Below are positions 38,295 to 47,210 of a stretch of 64,000 nt of DNA, piece by piece. A program made the translations under genes and the position numbers. The stretch's first letter is position 1. Every line of letters starts with the position of its first letter. This DNA is from Candidatus Bathyarchaeota archaeon. GTDB lineage: Archaea; Thermoproteota; Bathyarchaeia; Bathyarchaeales; Bathycorpusculaceae. The DNA is taken from positions 416,001 through 480,000 of the forward strand of contig CAWEPZ010000011.1 of assembly GCA_963811105.1 (NCBI GenBank), in the 5' to 3' direction. The notes beneath the pieces are model-generated. The model was not told where the DNA came from. It saw only the letters and a program-made list of their open reading frames with translations, and searched no databases.

Positions 38295-39398
38295 TTATAG
38301 CAAATTTAGCAATGTTTGGGCTATGTTGTCTATTTGTTCTTCGGTGACGCCTGGGTGAATTGGCAGGGAGAGTACTTGTTTGGCTGCTTTTTCTGTTTCA
38401 GGTAAATTATACTCACCGAAGGATTGTTTGTAGTAGGGCATTTGGTGGATCGGTGTAGGGTAATATGCTTCGGCGCCTATGCCTTCATCATGCATTTGTT
38501 GGATTAGTTTGTTTCTTTGTATTTCGGTTGCGTCTTTGATTCTCACCGTATATAGATAGTAGCTTGGGGTTCGGTCGCTTAACTGAGGAGGTAGAATTAG
38601 TTTACCTGTTTTATTCAACCGATTGCTTAGTCGTTTTGCGTTTTGTGCTCGTTTAGCAAGAAACTCTGGCAATCTTTTTAGCTGTATCACGCCAATAGCG
38701 GCTTGGATTTCGGTCATGCGATAGTTTGTGCCCAGCATTAGTGAGTTATACTTGACTTTTTCCCCGTGTGTTCTTACCATTCGAACTTTCTCTGCAAGAT
38801 CATCACTGTCCGTGGTTACTACTCCTCCTTCGCCAGTACCGATGTTTTTGGCAGCGTAGAGACTCCAGCAGGCAAGGTCTGCTGTGGCGCCTGCAGGTTT
38901 GCCATAGTAGGTCGCGCCGTGGGACTGCGCGCAGTCTTCGATGATTATTAAGTTTTGTTTAGTTACAATTTCCTTTATAGACAAGGTATCAGCGGGTAAC
39001 CCGTAGAGGTCTACAGGAATTATGCCCTTGGTTCTTTCTGTTACTGCATTTTCTACAGAATTTGGATTTAAGGTGTAGGTTATAGGGTTGATGTCAGCGA
39101 AAACTGGTTTGGCACCGGTCATCACAACGGCTTCAGCTGTAGCTACAAATGTGAAAGCGGGCAATATTATTTCGTCGCCGGGTTTAACTCCTGCCGCCAA
39201 AAGAGCAGTATGAAGAGCAGCTGTCCCTGTGTTAACGGCTATGGCGTGTTTAACACCTGCGAATGCGGCGTAGTTTTTCTCGAATTCAACTACTTTAGGT
39301 CCTGCACCCAAACCAGTAGTAAGTATGCCGCTTTGCATAACTTTAACGACGGCGTCAATTTCTTCTTGGCCAATTTTAGGAACATTGATCGGAATCAA
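38295..39398 (-). CDS. DegT/DnrJ/EryC1/StrS aminotransferase (WbpE-like)
   Basis: NTGTAALH, TFVATA, EDCAQSHG, KNIGTGEGG, NYRMTE, LSLPIHP. Confidence 0.92.
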   Translation of the reverse strand: MIPINVPKIGQEEIDAVVKVMQSGILTTGLGAGPKVVEFEKNYAAFAGVKHAIAVNTGTAALHTALLAAGVKPGDEIILPAFTFVATAEAVVMTGAKPVFADINPITYTLNPNSVENAVTERTKGIIPVDLYGLPADTLSIKEIVTKQNLIIIEDCAQSHGATYYGKPAGATADLACWSLYAAKNIGTGEGGVVTTDSDDLAEKVRMVRTHGEKVKYNSLMLGTNYRMTEIQAAIGVIQLKRLPEFLAKRAQNAKRLSNRLNKTGKLILPPQLSDRTPSYYLYTVRIKDATEIQRNKLIQQMHDEGIGAEAYYPTPIHQMPYYKQSFGEYNLPETEKAAKQVLSLPIHPGVTEEQIDNIAQTLLNLL

Positions 39399-39422
39399 TT
39401 TTTAATCCTCCAAATATAGACA

Positions 39423-39814
39423 TTATTTTAGTTCAATTACTCTGTTTTTCTCTGATGATTTTATTGCAGCTTCAACTACCTCTAAGGCTTTTACGCCGTC
39501 TAATCCTGTTACTCGTGGTTGAATCTTCTCGATTTCGCATTTTGCGAAATGCTGTAATTCAAGTTTCAGAGGTTGCTCAATAGGGTATCTGGGTTGCCGG
39601 TTTTCTGTTCCGTTTTCAATCCACAACTCCTGGGATAGATATTCAAGCTGTATAATTACATCGCTTCCGGTAACAATAAGGTTGCGTATTTTGTAGGGTT
39701 TGAGTAAGTTAGATTCTATGAAAGCACTTTTCTCATCTTTATAGGTTAGCATGATTTGGACGTAATCTTAATTCTTTTCACTTCATGCAACCTATTCGAG
39801 CATAAACACTAACT
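39423..39814 (-). pseudogene. 3' remnant of Gfo/Idh/MocA oxidoreductase (WbpB-like)
   Basis: VSVYARIGCMK* / DYVQIMLTY..ESNLLKPYKIR..EQPLKLELQHF..VTGLDGVKALEV; Rossmann domain absent. Confidence 0.78.
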
Positions 39815-39990
39815 TTTTGTTTAATCTATGAAAATATATTCATAGGAATTCTATATTTTCACTATTATTTGTTAAAACAGCCACATATATCATTGATGTT
39901 TATCGTAGATTCAAACTATTGATCACGCCTTAACAAGTCTTAATATATACGATGCTTCTAGATTTGTACACAATTAAAAGAGGCACCAAA

Positions 39991-41730
39991 TTGATAGGGA
40001 AAAGAACACTTAGCTTTAAACGATTCATAATTCTTTTTGCAGTATGCTTTCTATCTTTTGATATACTCGTTAATGCTCAAAGAGAAATTCTGCTAAGTGA
40101 ACCTCATTATAACCTTGCCGCTGAGCCGATAGCACAGGGTATGGCAGTCAATGATATCATCAGCAATAACACAATTGAAAACCTATCCGATGTCACAATC
40201 ATAGGCCTTAAAAATGGACAACTGTTAATCTGGAACACAACAACAGAAAGATGGCAAAACGCTGACCCTGCTCAACCCAACGCCACATTGGCTAAATTGA
40301 CTGATGTAACCTTTGCAGGCTTATCAAACAGCGACGTAATGGAGTACAACTCAACCTCAGGAAAATGGGAAAACACACAATTAACAATGACAGTCCAACA
40401 AATTATCGATGCTTACACTACAATGTCTTACAAGTCCAGTTGGGATGGAAGTATTAACGCATTGATAAATAGTTGGGGTAATACAACATCCCTCACCAAT
40501 CCACAGCAACCCTACAGCTACCTGATCTATACAGATGCGGCAAGCAACTATTATGCAAAGAACGGTACCGATGGCACCGTCGCGTTCAATTCAACCGACG
40601 CTAGCTACGTATTCTCAGCAGTATGTTCCCAAGGGGAAGGAATAGTGTTTGTAAAGAAAGGCACCTACATTGGCACATCCCTAAACATCTCATCCCCAAA
40701 CGTCAGACTAATCGGCGAAGGGCTAGGAACAATACTCCAATTTACAGAAGGCATAACTGTTTCCAACACGAGTGAAAGCTTCCATCAAGAAGTCAGCAAC
40801 CTACAATTAATCGGAACTGGATACGCTAACAATGGTCTAACTCTAAGCTCTGCCTCAAGATTCGTAAGCTACAACCTAGTCATCCAAAACTATAACGTGG
40901 GATTATACATACAATCCTCAGATTCTGGAGCAACCATATTCAATAACTTCTACAGCTTAGTGAGCCACGACAATAATGTCGGTGTTTACATTAGACGAGA
41001 TTCAGGTGATTGCACAGTTGCCCACAACACATTCTATGGAGGCTCAATAGTCGCAAACCTAGAATGGGGAATTGTAATCTTAGGTTCTGTCTCAAACGAA
41101 ATCTTCGAAGGCACAGAAATCGAAAATAACTGCAACGGACAAGTCTGGCTATGCACAATAAATCCAGGATTAGTTCCAGAAGGCAACACATTCTCTAAAT
41201 GCTACTTTGAGCCTTCGCTAAACAATATCACTGCGACCTTAATCGTTTTTACAACTGAATTATCAGCTGAAACCAAGCCATGGGGAAATATCTTTAAGGA
41301 AAACAAGTTTGCCATAGTTGTAGATACAGCCTTAACATTACCAACCTACACAGTCTTCACCAACAACTACATCAGCGGCGGCTCTGTTACCTTCACAATA
41401 ATCGCCACAGCTACAGGCTGCGAAGTTGATGGAAACATAAGTCCTTCTGGCTCTGTTAAAGTCAATTATGTCGGGACTGCGAATACTGGCCGCATAATGC
41501 AATATTCTAATTCAAAATTAGTTGCCAGCAGCAATTGGGTTGATTTCGGCGACACTTTTCCTAGCAACCCCATAGTTCAAGTGTCAGTTACTGGAAATGG
41601 TCAGGTTATCAATGCTTGGGCTTATCAGATCGAAACTACACGATTTTACCTTGCAATGTTCTATAGTAATGGAACTGAAGTTACTACACCGCAATATGTC
41701 TTGTGGACTGCAACCCTAAACTTGCAGTAA
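39991..41730 (+). CDS. Secreted or anchored beta-helix (pectin-lyase-like) protein with tail-fibre-like repeats and lectin-like C-terminus
   Basis: N-terminal hydrophobic segment, two L.DVT..GL.N...W.N repeats, VFVKKGTY..VRLIGEG, beta-helix repeats, C-terminal VDFGDTFPSNPIVQVS..WTA; start TTG 39991 or ATG 39952. Confidence 0.75.
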   Translation: MIGKRTLSFKRFIILFAVCFLSFDILVNAQREILLSEPHYNLAAEPIAQGMAVNDIISNNTIENLSDVTIIGLKNGQLLIWNTTTERWQNADPAQPNATLAKLTDVTFAGLSNSDVMEYNSTSGKWENTQLTMTVQQIIDAYTTMSYKSSWDGSINALINSWGNTTSLTNPQQPYSYLIYTDAASNYYAKNGTDGTVAFNSTDASYVFSAVCSQGEGIVFVKKGTYIGTSLNISSPNVRLIGEGLGTILQFTEGITVSNTSESFHQEVSNLQLIGTGYANNGLTLSSASRFVSYNLVIQNYNVGLYIQSSDSGATIFNNFYSLVSHDNNVGVYIRRDSGDCTVAHNTFYGGSIVANLEWGIVILGSVSNEIFEGTEIENNCNGQVWLCTINPGLVPEGNTFSKCYFEPSLNNITATLIVFTTELSAETKPWGNIFKENKFAIVVDTALTLPTYTVFTNNYISGGSVTFTIIATATGCEVDGNISPSGSVKVNYVGTANTGRIMQYSNSKLVASSNWVDFGDTFPSNPIVQVSVTGNGQVINAWAYQIETTRFYLAMFYSNGTEVTTPQYVLWTATLNLQ

Positions 41731-42350
41731 GAAAATTCCCAATGCTAAAAAAGGATCAACACTTAATTTTCAACTCAACACGAGCTAAATTGGTATCTCA
41801 ACAACAAACAAATTGAATATATACAAATTCAATTTCGTTTACTTATTTCTCGATTAGCCTACATTCTTGTTTTTGAGATTTAACATTTTATTAGCAAGTT
41901 GACGGCTGTTTTTATGCAAAAAACCAATTCTTTATTTTATTATTCCATACTTGAATCGCTCTTTTGAAAGCCTTATGCTTCTCAGGTGCGTCGGGTGATT
42001 GTTTCACAAAAGCGCAGATATCAATAATTTTACGGAACTCTTGACAAAGCCACTGAAAACCCATTCATGTCCATAACTTAGCCGAACAAAGGGTTTGGCA
42101 CAAATGTGGGCTTTGGTTATATGCCCGTCAATCCTCGCCAAAATGAGTACACCACTCGCAAGTGGGAACCCCCTAATTTATTGGCTTGCGGTTGACACCC
42201 CAAGAGGGGAACAAACAGCAACCCATTATTAGGAAAACGGTAACTGTATCCCGATTGTGCAAACTGTCCTATGATCTTCTCTGTCAACGAAAATTGAGTA
42301 AATATTATTATATATCGACGGTTCATAACCTCGGATGAGGATAACATATA

Positions 42351-43400
42351 GTGTCGCAAGTTTCGCAAGTGAAAGACGATTTAGAATTGCTAGATTTAAT
42401 GATTTCTGATATGTATGCAGCTCCTGAATTTTACAAGCCTACAAATTATTGGGAATTGTACGAAAAAGTATTCCTATCACAGCTACGTTCTAAAGGATTA
42501 CATGATTTTCGTAGAAACAAGCGAATGAGTGTGCTAAGTTCGTTTGGTGCCACTGACGTAGTAACGCCTTATTCAAGACTAACGGACCAATTTTTAAAAT
42601 CATCAATACTCAGAAAGTTTTCTCGGCTCGTTTCTTTAGTCTATGCAGGCGTTGATCTTCAAGATGTAAGAAAGCTTTGCTACAATTTTGCTAATGTCTA
42701 CGGGGCTAAATGCGGAGCGAAACCGTTAGCAAAGTTAGAAGCTTCGACCGTCGGTAATCCTGAAGACATTTTTACGATTGAAGGTCGCCTCTATACAACT
42801 TCATTGCTTTATTACTATCTTCAGTATGCTTATTGCTGCCAATTCATTAATTTTGATTCTATTCAGTCAGTTATGGAGATCGGAAGCGGTTCTGGGAAAC
42901 AGGTTGAAGTCATAAAAAAGCTTCATCCTCACCTGAGTTTCTATGTTTTTGATATTGCACCGCAATTATATGTTTGTCAGCAATACTTGTCTGCCCTGTT
43001 TTCTGATTCTATAATATCTTATAGACAGACCCGAAAAATGACCACTGCTCCAAAACCGAGTGATAACAAGATTTTCGTTTTTGGAAACTGGAAACTGCCT
43101 GAACTAGCCAACTTCAAATATGACTTGTTCTGGAATAGCGCAAGCTTTCAAGAGATGGAGCCAGACATAGTTCTTAACTACCTTAAGTTCGTAAACAAGC
43201 AAGCGCACTATACTTTCTTACATGAAGCCATGAATGGAAAGGAAGTAGCGGCTGCGAAGGGACAGCATGGCGTTCTTAAACAGACGCGCCTTGAGCATTA
43301 CAAAGAAGGGCTTCTAGACTTTGAACTTAAAGATATGTCTGAGAGCATTTTTCTTCCAAGACAAGAGGGAAACTATTCTCTTTCATTTTGGAAAAAATAA
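42351..43400 (+). CDS. Putative sugar O-methyltransferase
   Basis: YKPTNYW, VGNP, MEIGSGSG, WNSASFQEM. Confidence 0.8.
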   Translation: MSQVSQVKDDLELLDLMISDMYAAPEFYKPTNYWELYEKVFLSQLRSKGLHDFRRNKRMSVLSSFGATDVVTPYSRLTDQFLKSSILRKFSRLVSLVYAGVDLQDVRKLCYNFANVYGAKCGAKPLAKLEASTVGNPEDIFTIEGRLYTTSLLYYYLQYAYCCQFINFDSIQSVMEIGSGSGKQVEVIKKLHPHLSFYVFDIAPQLYVCQQYLSALFSDSIISYRQTRKMTTAPKPSDNKIFVFGNWKLPELANFKYDLFWNSASFQEMEPDIVLNYLKFVNKQAHYTFLHEAMNGKEVAAAKGQHGVLKQTRLEHYKEGLLDFELKDMSESIFLPRQEGNYSLSFWKK

Positions 43401-43872
43401 GGTTATGCTCATCGTCCGCCTCATTTATTTTCCAAATTGAAGACAATGACAAATCCTTTCCTACTCAGATATTAATAGTCAACATGATTAGGTTTATTTT
43501 GAAGCACTACTTATCCAGCCGAACAGTAATGCTATCATCCAAACCATCGACGAATTTTGGAGAGTCTATTCGAGCATCCCACCATTTTAAATGTATTTTT
43601 TCTCTCCAGACATTAAAATCACAGCCAACGACTCCACCATTTCCAAGTTTGGGCGACTTATAACATCTTGAATGTCATTTGCCATCTTTTCCAATGCTTC
43701 CAATAATTGAGCAAATCGATTGGTTGCAATCGGAAAAAACGATCTGCCTACTTTTTTATGTAAAATTCATATTTAGAATTAGATGTGGATTGCTTAATGT
43801 TCAATAAGGCTTTAGATTAGTTCATCTTTAAATGATACAACCCAATAATTAATATGGAGAAGGGAGGAGTAA

Positions 43873-45429
43873 CTAATTCCTTTTACATACAAGTGGAAAC
43901 TTGTAGCAATCATAGTAACAGTTGCTATCATCAGCATAGGTATCATACCCCTCTCGTCACATAGCATATCTGTCTTTTTGGCACCTCCAATTTCAATTAA
44001 TGGGACAGCGCAGCAAAATCCAGATAGCACAAACATAACTACCAGCAACAACGACTATGTATCAAATAACTCATCACAAACCATTTTATTACCCACCCCA
44101 AAACCAACCCCCCATTCAGAAACCATAATCCCCACTACCAACAATATAGTTTCGACCACTTACTACATTAATGACAACATAAATATTGTTGAACCCACAC
44201 CACAAGCACCTATATTTCTTAATGAAAGCGAAGGGATACAATCCGCCATTAAGGCTTTAGGCCCCAGTGGCGGAGAAATCACACTTCAATCAGATGCCAA
44301 TATTTTAACTAAAGATGTGCAAATCACCAGCAACATCATCCTTTCAGGCGTCAATCCAAACATAACGCTTCACTTAGAATCCAAACGCCTGAATGTAGCC
44401 AAAAACGCAGAAAACGTAACTATAAGAAACTTAACTATGGATGCTACCAACTTGGGGGATCGCAACGCTTTTGTTGTGTATGCAGGTGCAAAAAACGTCT
44501 CCATTCAAAACCTAACGATAATAAATGACCTTGCAGAAAACAATGCACTACTAACCCAAGGAAACCAAGTTGAAATACAAAATTTGACCTTCATAAATGT
44601 GACAAATTCTCACCCTATTCAAATTGCTGGTTCTCATACCTATGTTAAGAATTGTTACTCAAATGAGCAATCAGCTTATGCCCTTGTAACGGTAGCTGGC
44701 GGAATTACAGATATTCATATAGAAGAAAATGTGGCTGAAAATAGACCACTATTTGACGGCGGTTACACCGCAGCTTCATCAAGTGACATCTGGATTCAGA
44801 ACAATAAACTGATAAATTTTCCTAACCGAACATATGGCATATTAGTTATGGGTGGAACTTCGGAAATTAAAGCGCCTTTCGATAGAGTTTTTGTCTTAGG
44901 TAACAATGTAACTGCGGGAGTTGGAGCCTACAATGGTATTGCCATTTATGGGTTATCTAGTAACATTATTGTTGCTAATAATATGGTTAACCAGGCCTTA
45001 TCAGCACACAACGCAATAGGAGTTGCTTCAGGAATAAACGTTACCGTGACACAAAACACAGTATTCGGATGTATAGAAGGCGCCGAAGGAGGAATAGAAG
45101 TAGAAAGCAACCCAGTCCACAACAGACTTACAGGAATAAGCGAAAACGTCAATGTAACCAATAACGTCGTGTATGGTTCTCAATGGGGAATATACGTTAG
45201 AATAATGGTTCCTGACCATGTTAACTGGGATGGAAACCCACTCAAATCCAAAAATATACTCATAGAAGGAAACACCATTAGCAACTGCACCATCGGCATA
45301 AACCTGCTAGCTGGAGACGGCATAATCGTCAGGAATAATAACATTATAAATGACACTCGACCTCTTATAGTAAGCCAATCCAACGTACTAAATTGCACGA
45401 TTAGTGGCAATTTAGGCTACTCCGGCTAG
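43873..45429 (+). CDS. Right-handed beta-helix protein, paralog 1 (start codon uncertain or possibly damaged)
   Basis: PbH1-type repeats; GIQSAIKALGPSGGEI; TM-coding region upstream of TTG 43978 is in frame after a TAA at 43870. Confidence 0.75.
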   Translation, partial: LIPFTYKWKLVAIIVTVAIISIGIIPLSSHSISVFLAPPISINGTAQQNPDSTNITTSNNDYVSNNSSQTILLPTPKPTPHSETIIPTTNNIVSTTYYINDNINIVEPTPQAPIFLNESEGIQSAIKALGPSGGEITLQSDANILTKDVQITSNIILSGVNPNITLHLESKRLNVAKNAENVTIRNLTMDATNLGDRNAFVVYAGAKNVSIQNLTIINDLAENNALLTQGNQVEIQNLTFINVTNSHPIQIAGSHTYVKNCYSNEQSAYALVTVAGGITDIHIEENVAENRPLFDGGYTAASSSDIWIQNNKLINFPNRTYGILVMGGTSEIKAPFDRVFVLGNNVTAGVGAYNGIAIYGLSSNIIVANNMVNQALSAHNAIGVASGINVTVTQNTVFGCIEGAEGGIEVESNPVHNRLTGISENVNVTNNVVYGSQWGIYVRIMVPDHVNWDGNPLKSKNILIEGNTISNCTIGINLLAGDGIIVRNNNIINDTRPLIVSQSNVLNCTISGNLGYSG

Positions 45430-45813
45430 TACGGGCTTAAGGTATTTTTCTCGATTCCAACTATCCAATGTACAAACATGTCCAACAATGGTATGATTTA
45501 AATCAGCACGGTCTTGAAGTAATTACTACAAAAGCTGCGAAAAAGTCACCTTCGCATCACATTCAAAAAGTATCCTGAGAGACACGGAACTTTTCTAGTA
45601 ACAGGCTCGCTGATAAGACTTGCAATAGAACAAAATTGTCTCATGTTTTTCACCGCTTCATCTCAGGTATCAATTTTCAAAACAAAATACGCGATGAATA
45701 ATACCACATAAAACCATAACTACCATCAAACTATCTTTTTCTCAGAGTTTCATAGGTTTTAGCCTTCTAGAAAAGAGTTGTTACATTAGTAAAAGTCTAA
45801 AATACTAATAAAA

Positions 45814-46977
45814 CTATTTTTGAAAATGGCGGATTTTTATTATTGCCCCAGCACCCACCCCAGACAGCCCAAGGAAGAACAACACTGACACGAGAAGCGG
45901 TGTACCGTTTTTTTCCACGTCGTAAAAGTAGTTACCTGAAACAACAGAGCGTTCAGCGTTGTTTGTAAACGTTATGGGCACTAATTCTTCAGTTAACTCT
46001 TTATTATTAACAATTGAATGCCCTGCCCCAGAGACAATGAAGTTTACTGGCGCGCCATCGAAGAAGTTCCCATCAAAAATGTGTCCTTCACCATAAACTT
46101 CTAATGTGCTTTCTACTTGGCTCGCAAACTTACATCCAGTCCATGTAATGCATTTAATTTGTGTTTGCTCACCATAATACTTGAAGAAATACGGGCTAGT
46201 ACCCTCTGTTCTTTCAAAATATGCGCCTTGGAAAATGGTTCCGCTTACCATGCCATTTGCCCCATTAAAATAGACTTCGCAATCGGTGTTACATTCTATT
46301 TCTGAGCCATAGAACTGGTTCATAGTGCTGTCAGAGTTCCCGCCGCAGATTTCTATGCCCACCCTGTTAAATATAATACTCCCTGCAAAAAAACGTGTTG
46401 TGCCATAATCGCTGCCTATCCAAATTCCAACATCATTTTCGACGATGAAGGGGTTGTAAACGGCGGCGAACAAGCCTTGGCTGATGTTTAAGCCTGTTTC
46501 AAAGTTAGTGATGTAAACATTATAAATGCTCATTCTTCCAGTTGAATCCAAAGTTAAACCACAACTGTGCTCAGCACTCAAGCCTTTGAGTGAAAGGTCT
46601 TTTATGGTGCATGTTGAAATGCCGCGGAAGACTATGCCGCCCTGGACAAAAGACAACGTCGTTGCGGTTTCGCCTTCGCCTGCCACATTAATTTCCTTAC
46701 TTATTACCCATTCGTCATCAAAGAAGAAGGTACCGCTAACGAAGTAGAAAGTGCCTTTTGATATGGCATTGACTTGTTGGTTACATAATTCTAAGAGATT
46801 CTCGTTACCACCGAGTATGCTTCCATTTCTGCCATATGCATAATATGTTGAATCTACCCTTTCGATCGTTACCGTATAAGGGCTAACGTCTGCTTTCGTC
46901 AGGGGCAACAGAGTTACTAACAGAAGGATCATAACTCCAGCGAACGTTAGAAGGTATTTGAAATTATTTCTTTTGAT
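45814..46977 (-). CDS. Secreted beta-helix protein with C-terminal TM anchor
   Basis: Signal peptide, GTFYFVSGTF..INVAGEG, beta-helix repeats, TM + KIRHFQK; start ATC 46977 or ATG 46932. Confidence 0.75.
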   Translation of the reverse strand: MKRNNFKYLLTFAGVMILLLVTLLPLTKADVSPYTVTIERVDSTYYAYGRNGSILGGNENLLELCNQQVNAISKGTFYFVSGTFFFDDEWVISKEINVAGEGETATTLSFVQGGIVFRGISTCTIKDLSLKGLSAEHSCGLTLDSTGRMSIYNVYITNFETGLNISQGLFAAVYNPFIVENDVGIWIGSDYGTTRFFAGSIIFNRVGIEICGGNSDSTMNQFYGSEIECNTDCEVYFNGANGMVSGTIFQGAYFERTEGTSPYFFKYYGEQTQIKCITWTGCKFASQVESTLEVYGEGHIFDGNFFDGAPVNFIVSGAGHSIVNNKELTEELVPITFTNNAERSVVSGNYFYDVEKNGTPLLVSVLFFLGLSGVGAGAIIKIRHFQK

Positions 46978-47210
46978 TGTTTTTCACTTTCCTTTTAGTC
47001 TGTGCCATTTTGTATTAACTTAACAGAAAAAAACAGCCAACGCACCATGTAGGAACTTTTTATGAACGATTCTTCCACACTAACACCTTCAAATATCTTG
47101 TTAATTGCGTCCAGATGCACTCTTAGTAGAGCCCAAAAATAGTATACGGGATTGGTCTATATTTAAATTACACCGAACCTTATATATAATTGAGCGAAGG
47201 AGAGGAAAAG

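Noticed and set aside
39829-39861. 10-bp inverted repeat TGAAAATATA..TATATTTTCA near the dehydrogenase truncation point
   Set aside because: Very AT-rich; plausible by chance
41980-42300. Moderately GC-rich intergenic stretch as ncRNA or gene remnant
   Set aside because: No convincing stems or recognisable translation in the frames examined
43507-43713. Possible decayed glycosyltransferase fragment on the minus strand (IIGSIGKDGK*..GVVG..W..PKFVDGLDD)
   Set aside because: Resemblance too weak to call without a search
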